Positions 41,316-55,356 of a stretch of DNA of 64,000 bases are shown here, piece by piece; positions within the stretch are counted from its first letter, which is position 1, and each line of letters begins with the position of its first letter. The stretch covers positions 14,322,001-14,386,000 of the forward strand of contig OX597838.1 of the NCBI GenBank assembly GCA_951406725.2. The letters run 5' to 3'. Position numbers and translations under genes: made by a program. A model generated the notes under the pieces. The model was not told where the DNA came from. It searched no databases and saw nothing but the letters and a program-made list of their open reading frames with translations. The stretch comes from Octopus vulgaris (lineage: Eukaryota).

Positions 41316-41864
41316 TCAATTTTGATGATAAAGAATGATGGAGGCAATGTTGGGGGTTTTTGGTACTGATGGTAGTGGTGGTGGTGGTGGTGGTGGTGGT
41401 AGTGGTGGTAGTGGTGGTGGTGGTGGTGTTGGTGGTAGTGGTGGTAGTGGTGGTAGTGGTGCTGGTGATGTTAGTGGTAGGAGTGGTAGTAAAAGTGGTA
41501 TTGGAGGTGATGAATAATGGCGGAGCGGTGGTGGTGGTGGTTGCAATAATAATGATGAATGATGACGGTATTGATGGTGGTGGTGGTGGTGGTAGGGAGA
41601 TGGGGTAGAGGCAATGGTGATCGCAGGAGGAGTGACGTCAGCAATATCATTTGTTACAGTCGAACGTATATGAAGCATTGAGAATTTCCATTTCTACATG
41701 CCTTCCCGTCATGCAACAGCTGCTGTCAGTTCATGAATCATCCTCTTTATTCTCGACGTACGACACAGCGCAGCCCGGCAAATGGATATCAGCATTCTCC
41801 TAGGACCACAGCAAGAAATCGCTTAAGAGTAGAATCAGTTTAAAACTGTAACCATCAAGCGTAC

Positions 41865-41907
<43 letters not shown>

Positions 41908-42081
41908 TACATATTTAGGAACTTACACATAAGTACTCACAAGTTTAAAATGGTATATAGCAGACATATGTATGTATATATGTAACGGGAAGCTTTATGA
42001 AAATAAACAAAGGGCGAAGGCAGGTGGAGTACAAACAAACAATTGTATTAGTATGGCGCTCAGGAATATAAATAAAACAAG

Positions 42082-42119
42082 TCTTTTACGTTTCGAGCCT
42101 ATGCTCTTCGACAGAAAGA
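42082..42119 (-). ncRNA. Minimal hammerhead variant (CUGUCGA core) in Penelope-like remnant
   Basis: Minus: TCTTT-CTGTCGA-A-GAGC ATAG GCTC-GAAA-CGTA-AAAGA; 5-bp stem I. Confidence 0.6.
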
Positions 42120-42724
42120 TACACAGAAAAGAAACACGGAAAGAAACAAGGAGAGAAAAAAAATGCGTGCAGAGGTTAGCGATTCAACATGGCGGTCTGA
42201 TTCCGGCCAGAAGTCAGAGATCAGACGTGTGAGCGAAAGTAGGGGAGATAACAGGGTCAAATGACTTCGCCCCAACATAAGGGTGTGTTTGTGTATGAGA
42301 GAGTATGTATGTGTGTGTGTGTATATATGTACATATGTATGTATATATATATATATGTATATGTGTGTGTGAGTGTTTCTTTGCGATGGACAACAGAAAT
42401 GCCACCTACACCCTCTCTCCCTAAAGCTACGCATTCCTCACACCCACCCTTCTTTCCCTTCCTCGGCGTTTTAAAAGTTACTTATGTGCATGTGTGTGTG
42501 TGCGTGTATCTATGTATTTACGAAAGTATGTATGCAGTGTCGCATGTATATGACAGCTGTATTAACGTTGTTATCTCATTGCCACTCCATAGATGTTGCT
42601 TACACAACGCTGTTTTTCCCCTTCACTGATATCACTGACAACTCACTACGCTACTACATTTCCCTCACACTAATGCACTTTGCACTCTTCTCATTATATC
42701 ATATAATAGCCCAACACCACTAGA

Positions 42725-42887
42725 GGGACCTTTATATATTTTTTATTGAAATCCAATTAGCCTATAATTGAACTTGATGTTAGTTTAACATGTATGCAAA
42801 GTTTCGTCGAGATCGGATCAGTGGTGTAAGATAACAAGATGGTAACGGACAGATCGACAGACAGAAATTGCGATTTATGTATAAGAT
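42725..42887 (-). mobile_element. Helitron-like 5' fragment
   Basis: Minus TCTTATACATAAA..TCTGTCTGTC..CCGATCTCGACGAAACTTTG, similar in layout to the 5' half of 17926-18309; no clear 3' hairpin. Confidence 0.4.
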
Positions 42888-42899
42888 ATATGCATGCAT

Positions 42900-42974
<75 letters not shown>

Positions 42975-43717
42975 AACACACACACACACACACAAACATA
43001 TATTGCCAATGAACTGTGATTGTTTATAAGCTTATAATAATTATTATTATTATTTACACCCACACACACATACACACACACACACGTTAATCTAGGTTAA
43101 TGAAATTGTCGATATGGAGGGGAGGACTCTTTTCTTTGGGCGGGTGAGGTGAATGAGGAGGGGAAACTAAAGACAGTGACCGAATAATCAAAAGGCCGTG
43201 ATTAAGAGTTAATAGAGAAGAATTAATGATGTTAATAATATGGAAGTGTTGATAATTTAAGCGACACCTGGTGTGTGTGTTTTAAATTGATGAGCGATAT
43301 TGTTACGGTAGATGAATAGAGCTTCCTTTTGATAATATATACAGAAGGAAGCTTTTATTTATCTGAAAACGTTTCTGCGATCTATCATTGAGCTTGTTGC
43401 CGCTCTCTCATTACTTATCCATCTACCGACCTCCAAACTGTCTATATGTCTGTCTGTCTTTCTTCTTCTTCTTCTTCTTCTTCTTCTTCTTCTTCTTCTT
43501 CTTCTTCTTCTTCTTCTTCTTCTTCTTCTTCTTCTTCTTCTTCTTCTTTTTCTTCACGTTTTACTTTTCTTCTTCCTCCTCCTCCTCCTCCTTCTTCTCC
43601 TCCTTTTCTTCTTCTTCCTCCTCCTCCTCCTATTTCTCTTCTATTTCTTTTTCATCTTACTTCCTCCTCCTCCTCTTCCTCCTTTTTCACTTAATCTTTC
43701 TGACCGTCGATTTGTCA

Positions 43718-43784
<67 letters not shown>

Positions 43785-43985
43785 CCTATTATGTATGTAT
43801 GTATATATGTATGTATGCATGTATGTATATATGTATGTATGAATGTATGTATGTATATATGTATGTATGCATGTATGTATATATGTATGTATGTATGTAT
43901 GTATCTATCTATCTATCTATCTACCTATGCATGTATGCATGTATGTATGTATGTATGTATGTATGTATGTATGTATGTATGTATG

Positions 43986-44047
<62 letters not shown>

Positions 44048-44487
44048 GTCTCCAGACCAGGTCTATTAGGCCTATCCGGCAATGCAGTATATGTTCGTTT
44101 GGCTTTATTAAAATAAAATGTATCTTATTTAAATGTTAACAGTATTTTACCAAGATACGTATCACAAGTGTTACATATATTCTTGGTGTTGCAAGTAGAT
44201 TCGTCAATACACACACACTCATTCACATGCCTTTACACACGCGCCTGCACAAACAAACGAATATATATATATATGTACGTATGTACGTGCATAAGTGTGA
44301 GTTATATATATGTACATAGCTTTCAAGAAAATTTTCTTTTATTTCATCCAAATGTGTGTGTTTCCACTTATATATGTACCTATATACATATATACTTATA
44401 TAAATACACACGTACATGTACACCTATATATATATGTGTATATATGTATATATATATACATAAATATATTTGTCAACCTATACATAC

Positions 44488-44534
<47 letters not shown>

Positions 44535-44538
44535 TACA

Positions 44539-44570
<32 letters not shown>

Positions 44571-44571
44571 G

Positions 44572-44636
<65 letters not shown>

Positions 44637-45421
44637 TATACACTAATCTCCCACGCACACATGTGTGTTGATATATGTGTATATACATTTGGATCAAATA
44701 ATAGATAGAAATTTCATTGAAGACGATTTCCTATTGGAATACGTAATAAAAACTGCTTTTAGCAGTTCTCTGTCAATCTGCTCTAACCTAGCTATCATGT
44801 ATCTAGATTTTATGCTCACCATTGAGTATAGGCTGCTTATTTATTATTTTATTCGCACCATGTTTCCCATTTCCTGTCAACTAACGAAAATGGCTGCTCC
44901 TATTTCATTTTCGTATCTTTTTACAAATTCTTCAATTTGTTGTTCATTGACAAAGAAGATTTTTCGTTAACTATTTTAAATCTCTCTCCACGTCCAGCTC
45001 TCGTATTCCATGTGAGGATTCTAATTGGTTTCCTATAATAAATACAAAGCATTTCGCTCAAGGCACGTTACTTTGGAAGCAGCCGACACACGACAACCTA
45101 TCTATCGTCTGCTATTTGCTGAAATCTTCAAGTTACTTTTGTCTTCTTCATTTTCATGTTTTTTTGTTGTTCCGCATTTTCTGTGTATATTTTTACTTTA
45201 GCTTACGACTTAAAACAGCTAAAAGCTTCTTTTTCCTTCTATTTTTATATTCTCTTCAATTTAAAAGTTTTTATTTTCTTCATCTTCTATTCTAAACTCC
45301 TGGTGTATCGTTTTCCTTGAATCGGCAACTTAACCCGATTCAGTTCCTAAGATGCCTCTTATCGTTGGGTGTTAAGTTCCTGCTATTCATCACAAGATTT
45401 GGTTGCAGCTAAATGAAATAA

Positions 45422-45479
<58 letters not shown>

Positions 45480-46055
45480 CGCTTGTGTGTAAAGCTACAT
45501 ATAAAGCACATATCTATTTATTCTATTTATATATATCCTTGTGCGTGTCTCTCTTTACTAACATGTATAGTGTGTGCATATATATATATATATATGTCGA
45601 TAGATAGATATACATACATAAATATGCATCTCTCTCTCTCTGTATATATATATATATATATATAACTTAGTACACTCACTGACAGACGCATCCTAACTCT
45701 ACGTTAATATACCGAGTGTCTAGTAACACGATAATCGGTTCAATAATCCAGTAGGAATTATTATCATGGGCCGGAAATCAATGACAATTCACCGTTACTG
45801 ATTGAATCCTACCCCAAAATGCATCACCTTCTCTGCTTTTCTTCTTTTCCCCTCTTTTCTCTCCTTTCTTTCTTTCGCTTTTTCTTTCCTACTTCCTGTA
45901 TATTCTTTCTCCTCGCCCTCTTTACAACTCTCCGCACACAATAACATTATCGGAGCAACTTCCTTCTGGAAATCATAAAACATTAACTTCTTCAATGGTT
46001 TGTCGACATTGCGGCGAGATAAAGCAACTCTCAATCTGATAAGACAATACTGTCA

Positions 46056-46121
<66 letters not shown>

Positions 46122-46137
46122 GTTGTTGTTGTTTTAT

Positions 46138-46199
<62 letters not shown>

Positions 46200-46203
46200 T
46201 TAC

Positions 46204-46257
<54 letters not shown>

Positions 46258-46266
46258 TATTATTAC

Positions 46267-46347
<81 letters not shown>

Positions 46348-46506
46348 TTATTATTATTATTACTGAGTTCAAATTCCGCCGAGGTCGACTTTGTCTTTCA
46401 TCCTTTTGGGGTCGATAAATTAAGTACCAGTGAAACACTGGGGTCGATGTAATCGACTAGTCCCCTCCCTCAAAATTTCATACCTTGTACCTTTAGAAGA
46501 AAGGAC

Positions 46507-46540
<34 letters not shown>

Positions 46541-46835
46541 GATTGAGAGAGCAGTTCATGCCATCAAGGTGACACTGGGGTAAAATATACGAAGCCCAAT
46601 ATACCCATCATGACTACCCGTCTGATAAAGGTACACCAGGCACATGCATCACAACCATATGCGCGCGACATGGTGATCTCATATCAAGATAAACAGCACA
46701 TGACCTTGCAGGTGGGGCCCAATTAGAATTTTCTTCAGGTTGAGTAGCCCATCCCGCTCAAACGGTCTCTGAATAAGGGTTGTTGCAAATCTGTGGTATT
46801 GAGCAGAATATTTGCTGTAGCCCATCCTTTATACC

Positions 46836-46891
<56 letters not shown>

Positions 46892-48014
46892 AAGGCGGAG
46901 GGCAGGATGAATCATTAGCACGGCGGACTAAATGCTTAGCTATATTTCTTCCGGCTTTACGTTCTGAGTTGAAATGTCACCGAGGTCGACTTTATTTTCC
47001 ATCGTTTCGAAGTTGAAAAAATATGCACCCGCAGGGTACCGGGGTTGATGTATTTGACTGTATTTATCCCACAAAATTTTATCCCTTGAGCCTATCATAA
47101 GAATAATTATGATATGGTAGGATCTTTTGGCTAAGAGAGAAAGTGTTCTAATTCTTGGAAGATTGGTAGAATCGTTAGAGAGCCAGTAATGGAATGTTTT
47201 GATGTATTTAGCTACGAGTCTTGATATTCTAAGTTCGAATCCCATCCAGGCTCATTTTGTCTTTCCAGGGTCGACTCAATCTACTCTCTTAGATAACTTC
47301 GGTGAATTGGCAGAGCAGTTAGAGAGTTTTTAAAACTTTTATCTTTTCCTTGCTTCAGTCATTAGACTGCGGCAATGCGGGAGCACGGCATTGACGAATT
47401 TGTAGCCGAATGAATCGATCCCAGTACTTTTTGTCACACAAAACACCTTTATCACCACCACCACCACCACATGGTTTTTGTCCTTGGGTAGCCGCTGTTA
47501 TTTCCTATTTGTTCACCTCAAGAAAGAACGAAAACTGGCTAATATTTCCTTCAAACTTTGCTTTTCTTACATTTATTCCAAACCCCACAGAATCCTTCTC
47601 AACACATGGCTATGATGCTCCCCCACTACTCCTGCTTATGATCAGAGATGCACATATTATCTGTCACTAACGGACACGCTCAAGTGGTTAAGGTCAAGCA
47701 ACTGACAAATAAATCTGTTGTATTGAGTAGAATATTTGTCCAGGTGATAAAAGCAAAGTTTGAAGGGAATGGTAGTCACTTCCTTTGATTTGTTGATAGA
47801 ACCAAATAGGAAATAATACTTACTGAACAAAGACAAAAATAAATAAATATAGATATAAATAAAAACTTTGTTACAAATATAATCGGTGGAGCAGAAAGCA
47901 GAAGAAATAGAACAGAAATAATTAAGAATGAAATAGGAGAAATATTTAAGAAATGTAGAGAGGCAAAGGGATTCGACATTAAGAAAGTGGTTTACACACG
48001 AGGCTACACTATAC

Positions 48015-48420
48015 TCTCTCTTTTTACTCTTTTACTTGTTTCAGTCATTTGACTGCGGCCATGCTGGAGCACCGCCTTTAGTCGAGCAAATCGACCCCGG
48101 GACTTATTCTTTGTAAGCCCAGTACTTATTCTATCGGTTCTTTTGCCGAACCGGTAAGTGACGGGAACGTAAACACACAAGGATCAGTTGTCAAGCAATG
48201 CTCGAGGGACAAACACAGACACGCAAACACACACACGCATACATATATATATACATATATACGACGAGCTTCTTTTCAGTTTCCGTCTACCAAATCCACT
48301 CACAAGGCATTGGTCGGCCCGGGGCTATAGCAGAAGACACTTGCCCAAGGTGCCACGCAGTGGGACTGAACCCGGAACCATGTGGTTGGTTAGCAAGCTA
48401 CTTACCACACAGCCACTCCT
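48015..48420 (-). mobile_element. SINE family A
   Basis: Near full-length reverse copy. Confidence 0.9.
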
Positions 48421-49098
48421 ATTTTCAATTGTTGTGGGGAAATACAAGGGTAATTCGTAGGGTTCGGTGTCAACTAGGAGTAGAAATAACAGAAAGAATG
48501 GAAAAATAAACTAGGGTTATCAGTTGAATGCCTAGGGTCATAAATAAGTGCAATGGAACGAGGCATAAGGAGGGTCACATAAGTTGGAGGGGAATAACAA
48601 TCATCAGAAATAAGTAGAAGGGAAAAAGATAATAAAAAAGGGGTCAGAAATAAGTATGTGTGGGTGAGGAAATAGAGAGGGGACGGGGATTAAGTAGGGC
48701 TATAAATGGTTAGAAAGAAGGCAGAAAAAAAACTAGAGACAGATGTAAGTAGAGTGGGGGAGGAGAGAATGGGGTTGAGTCAGAATGTAGTCAGGTAAGT
48801 ATTTATAAAACTGTAACATTAAAACATTCAGGTTTAATAGCGAATAAATTTGACTTGATTGAGCAATAAAATATAGAAAATTCACTTTTATTTTCAAATA
48901 AATCTGGCATCTATTGAACAGTAAAATTACTCTTGTAGTGTGTGTGTATATATATATGTGTATTTGTATATGTTTGTGCGTGTGTATGTGCGTTTGTTTG
49001 CGTATGAGCATTTATGTATATGTGTATGTATGTGTGTATGTATGTATGTATGTATGTATGTATGTATGTATGTATGTATGTATGTGTGTGTGTGTGTA

Positions 49099-49129
<31 letters not shown>

Positions 49130-49168
49130 ATGTATGAATGTATGTATGTATGTATGTATGTAAGTATG

Positions 49169-49233
<65 letters not shown>

Positions 49234-49331
49234 GTGTATGTATTTATGTATGTATGTATGTATGTATGTACGTATGTATATATGTATGTATGTATGTATT
49301 ATGTATGTATGTATGTATGAATGTATGTATG

Positions 49332-49365
<34 letters not shown>

Positions 49366-49532
49366 TGAATGTATGTATGCATACACATGAATACACATAT
49401 ATAGACAGAGACAGATATATGTATATACACATGTCTCCCTCCCTCTCTCTATGTCTCACTGTATACATACATGAACATACATACACACACATGCATGTAT
49501 ATATATATATATATATATATGTATATAAATAC

Positions 49533-49563
<31 letters not shown>

Positions 49564-50002
49564 AATATATACATATATATATACATACACACATATATGC
49601 ATACTCACACACGCATTTATATATATGATAAAGCGAGGGTATAGTGAGTATGTGCGTGTGCCAACGTGCGCGTATTTATGTATATAATCTTTGTGAAAAA
49701 ACAAAAAAAAACAAAAAAAAACAAAAAAAAAAAACAAAAGTAAAATTAATTTTGCAGACAGGAAAACAACCAGAAAAATACAACATAAAAGCAAAATCAC
49801 AATATAACAAACGATATAACACAGAATCTAACACAATATCACGTGAATATAACGATATCCAAACTAATTTAGAGACGTTAATATATTTGCAACGATAACC
49901 ACTGAACAGATTATAGCAATATACGATATTATAGAGTAATATTTAGTAACATGGCTTAATAGAAAGAAATAAAACCAAGTTTCATAAATATCATGTGTTA
50001 CG

Positions 50003-50908
50003 TTTATCTGTATAGATACTCTATAGAAATTATAGCCGGCACTGATATTTGTTACACCGTTTCATATCTGAGATATCAGATGTAAATATACAATGAGATC
50101 GAAGACGAAAAAGAGGTGTGATAGGCGTATATACCGTATTTCGGGAGCTTTGCTCCTTCATCAACACCCATCTAACTCCTTAATCCGCCTCGAATTCATT
50201 GCTTAAATAGCCACTATATACAGCGGTGTAACGTTATTGGATATAGCAATTTCACATATCAAAGACATTCCTAGAAGCTGGTACGTAAATATTTATTTCT
50301 TTACTGCCCACAAGGGGCTAAACACAGAGGAGACAAACAAGGACAGATAAACGGATTGGGTCGATTACATCGACCCCAGTGCGTAACTGGTACTTAATTT
50401 ATCGACCCCGGAAGGATGAAAGGCAAAGTCGACTTCGGCGGAATTTGAACTCGGAACGTAACGGCAGACGAAATACCACTAAGCATTTCGCCCGGCGTGC
50501 TAACGTTTCTGCCAGCTTGCTGGTACGTAAATATTAATGATTTGTAGATACGCAGCATTTCGTGTTCTACTGTGTTAGCAGTGCATTTTACACCACTTGC
50601 TAAGGTTATCTCTACAGATATTCTGTAGAAATTATAGCAGCACAGACTTTTGTTACAACGTTTCATATACGAAACATCAGATGTAAACAAACTATGAGAT
50701 TGAAGATGAAAAAAGGAGTAACGGACCTTTATGCCATATTTCGGGAGTTTTTACTTCTTCATCAGCACCAATCTAACCCCCTTAATCACCTACAAACTCA
50801 TTGCTTAAACAGCCCCTAAATCCAGTAGTGTTTAGTTATTGGATATACCAATTTTACATATCATACACATTCCCGGAAGCTGGTACGTAAATATTAATGA
50901 CTTGTAGG
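50003..50908 (-). repeat. Tandem ~358-bp dimer, each unit carrying a hammerhead motif (retrozyme/PLE-like), interrupted by a SINE
   Basis: The two diverged units are offset by 600 bp, of which 242 bp are SINE plus TSD. Motifs at 50122-50170 (TTGATGA-A-GGAGC AAA GCTCC-C-GAAA) and 50722-50770 (CTGATGA-A-GAAGT AAAA ACTCC-C-GAAA). Confidence 0.65.
50294..50518 (-). mobile_element. SINE family B with 17-bp TSD
   Basis: TSD GCTGGTACGTAAATATT at 50277-50293 and 50519-50535. Confidence 0.92.
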
Positions 50909-51141
50909 ATGTAGTATATATTTATGCAATAAAATATATTTATAAAAACGTTTAATACACTTCATAGTATATCATGGTTGCACAACGAAATACCGCTTCC
51001 CTAGAAGTCATTAATGTTCATGAATATATTTTTCATCTTGTTGTAAAAAAATGAAACCCATGGTTAAACTGAAGAGATTTTAGCAGCTATGTTGCAAGAC
51101 TGAGTCGACCAACCAGCTGGCTTAGAGTTTCCTAACGTGAT

Positions 51142-51528
51142 GGGAAGCACTCCGTCGGTTACGACGACGAGGGTTCCGGTTGATCCGAATCAACGGAACA
51201 GCCTGCTCGTGAAATTAACGTGTAAGTGGCTGAGCACTCCACAGACACGCGTACCCTTAACGTAAGTTCTCGGGGATATTCAGCGTGACACAGAGAGTGA
51301 CAAGGCCGGCCCTTTGAAATACAGGTACAACAGAAACAGGAAGTAAGAGTGAGAGAAAGTTGTGGTGAAAGAGTACAGCAGGGATCACCACCATCCCCTG
51401 CCGGAGCCTCGTGGAGCTTTAGGTGTTTTCGCTCAATAAACACTCACAACGGCCGGTCTGGGAATCGAAACCGCGATCCTATGACCGCGAGTCCGCTGCC
51501 CTAACAACTGGGCCATTGCGCCTCCACG
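51142..51528 (-). mobile_element. SINE family C flanked by 185-bp direct repeats
   Basis: Flanks 50957-51141 and 51529-51713. Confidence 0.9.
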
Positions 51529-53403
51529 ACACTTCATAGTATATCATGGTTGCACAACGAAATACCGCTTCCCTACGAGTCATTAATTTTCATGAATATA
51601 TTTTTCCTCTCGTTGTAAAAAAATGAAACCCATGGTTAAACTGAAGAGATTTTAGCAGCTATGTTGCAAGACTGAGTCGGCCAATCAGCTGGCTTAGAGT
51701 TCTCTAACGTGATATGATCTTAAGCAATAAACCACAAAAATAAACATTTCTTTTTCAATAAGTTTTTACATTTTACAATATTATTTCATTTTTATCACAT
51801 TTTCAAAGCTAACTGCTTATTAGTTTATATCCTGTTTACATCTAATTTCTTCAAATAGAATATGTGTTCCTTACTAGACAATTGTCATTTGTAGTAAAAG
51901 AATAAATTAACAAGTCATAATTTATTCTCACATACTACGAAATGCTTACATTCTGTCGATACCCTGTAATTCAGGCATGGTCTCAGGATACAAAATGGGA
52001 AAGGTGAAGTTAGCGAGTCCTACCATTAGCTTCAACAAAGTGAGAACTAATCGATTATTCACCTCGATGTCGCTCCATGACAGCAGCTAAAATCTGTGCG
52101 GTTTAAACAAGAGATCTTAATTTCATAACGGCGTAAAAATATGCTCGTTAAGCACACGATCTTAACTTTGCTTACAATTCTAATCGCATATATCTTGCGT
52201 CCATGCTCTAATTAATTCATTCGCAAAGTTAACTTAGTATTATTTTGTATAAATAAAGTCGAACCTGGCTTTATCACGTTCACATTATTTCTATGTAGCG
52301 GTCACTACTGTTTATCAACAACTTGAGCTGAGTAGGCGAGTCCTTACGATGGCTTTAATAAAATTTGAAATTAACCAGATCGATTGGTGAATTTAATCTC
52401 ACACTTCGACTGCTGAAAACTCTGAGGTTTAACTACAGGGGTCTGTTTTCATAGCAAGGTTACAAACATGTTTATTAATTATGATCAATGTACGGCCGTC
52501 TACTTTCTTCACTGATCAGAGCACGTGGGCTGTGCAAAACATTTATGGTCGTTAGGTAAGAGAAAAATGTGTCGTTTTCTGCATCAATACAAGGTGTGCA
52601 ATAAATGTCCGGGATATGTAAATTCATGCAAATGACACCTGACTTTAATACTTCATTTTTATGAAAGAGAGAGACAGAGACAGAGAAATGAAGAAAGAGA
52701 CAGAGACAGAGAAAGGAAGAAAGAGAGAACGAGAAAGGAAGACAGAGAGAGAGAGAGAGAAAGGAAGAAAGAAAGAGAAAGAGAGAGAGAGAAATGAAGA
52801 AAGAGAGAGAGACAGAGAAAGGAAGACACAGAGAGAGAGAAAGGAAGACAGAGAAAGAGAGAGAGAGAGAAAGGAAGAAAGACAGAGAAAGAGAGAGAGA
52901 GAGCTCGTCGCAAAGAGGGTCCATGATGCTATATGTACTCGACGTCAATCATATGGCTTTAATTTTTCAAATTGCGTGCACTAGCTGAAGTACCAGGATT
53001 TACGCCCAATATATATTCATATAGACATCCATACATACGTACGTATATACAAACAGACTAACAGACACACATACATAAGTACACACACAAAAGGGCCAAC
53101 CTTTATGTTCCAGTTCCAGTTGATCTGATCCACGAACCAGCCTGCTCGTGAAATTAACGTGCAAGTGGCTGAGCATTCCACAGACACGTGTAACCTTAAC
53201 GTAGTTCTCGGGGAGATTCAACGTGACACAGAGTGTGACAAGGTTGGCCTTTTGGAATTACAGGTGCAAATCATTTTTGCCAGCAGATTGGACTGGTGCA
53301 AACGAGAGATAAAGTGTCTTGCTCAAGGACTCAATCCGCTGCCAGGAACCGAACACACAGCCTTACGATCGTGATCGAATACCGAACCATTAAGCCATTC
53401 GCC

Positions 53404-53523
<120 letters not shown>

Positions 53524-53914
53524 GGCGTTGACACAAACACGTTTACACACACACAATTACAAACTCGAGCTCAGAAACACACATGCTTATATACACAGAC
53601 ACCCACACACGCACAATCATACACACATACAGACACACACTCACATATACCCACAAATACAATGACAATAAGAAGCAATTCTGTTATTCTTATATATGTT
53701 TCAGCCCTAAGGCTGTGGCCATGCTGGGGCACCGCTAGTGACAGAAATAAAATTTACTTGCGAGACAAATTTTGAAAAAAAAAATTATGTTATACAAGAA
53801 ATTTAATTTGGTTTGTATGGAAGAATTAAGCAAGCAATTCTGGTAATTAATTAATGTTATCTACTGAATATATTTTAAGCACAACATTTTTACATTTCTC
53901 AAAATTATGCATAA

Positions 53915-53969
<55 letters not shown>

Positions 53970-54353
53970 TCTGTGATAAGAAGCTTGCTTCTCAACCATA
54001 TGATTCTGGGTTCAATCCCACTGCCTGGCATCCTGGGCAAGTGTCTTCTTCTAACTGTTAAGTTCAATCCCACTGCCTGGCATCCTGGGCAAGTGTCTTC
54101 TTCTAACTGCTAAGTTACGGGGTTTGTAAACACGCCAGCATCGGCTGTCAAGCGATGTTGTGGGTGACAAACACAGACACACAAACATATACACATACAT
54201 ACATACATACATACATACATACATACATACATACATACATACATACAAAAGAAACTTTAAAAAATACTGGGGTCGATTTTGTTTCTAAACCCTTCAAGCT
54301 GGTGCACCGGTGTGACCGCTGTCCAATGACTGAAACTAGAAAAAGGTAAGAAA

Positions 54354-54511
<158 letters not shown>

Positions 54512-54556
54512 TTGTCTGTCTATCTGTCTATCTATCTGTCTATCTATCTACCTATT

Positions 54557-54645
<89 letters not shown>

Positions 54646-54666
54646 GTCTGTCTATCTATCTACCTA

Positions 54667-54741
<75 letters not shown>

Positions 54742-54742
54742 G

Positions 54743-54793
<51 letters not shown>

Positions 54794-55304
54794 CTGTCTA
54801 TTACTCCTTAACGTAGGAAGTTGCTGGTTTTAGCTGATTTTCTGGCTATTAATTATTATTAATTAAATTAAGATCTTTATCATTATTCTGCCAACTCTAG
54901 CTTAGATTGCTAAGAGATATAAGTAACTCTTTGCGAGAGGTTTTATTCTTATGTGTTGTACATTGAATCGTTTCGTACTATTCAATTTTTTATACAGAAG
55001 TACGAACACTTCTAATCCCCCTCTCTCTCCCTCTTTTCTTTTCCCTCTCTTTTCCTTCTTTTCTTTTTCTCCTTGTGCCTTTTCTCTCTCCCCCTCTCTC
55101 TCTCTTCTGTTTCTTTTCTCCCCATTCTTTTGTCTCTCTCTCCCTATCTCTCACTACTTTTCTTCTCCCCATCTCTTCTTCTTCTTCTTCTTCTTCTTCT
55201 TCTTCTTCTTCTTCTTCTTCTTCTTCTTCTCCTCCTCCTCCTCCTCCTCCTGTCTGTCTCTGTCTCTCTTTCTCTGTCTCTGTCTCTGTCTGTCTGTCTG
55301 TCTG

Positions 55305-55356
<52 letters not shown>

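Noticed and set aside
51960-51985. miR-10/miR-993-like TACCCTGTA
   Set aside because: Only the first 9 nt match and there is no complementary arm for a precursor hairpin.
52490-52561. Exon ending at AG|GTAAGA
   Set aside because: Isolated donor motif with no convincing acceptor or reading frame.
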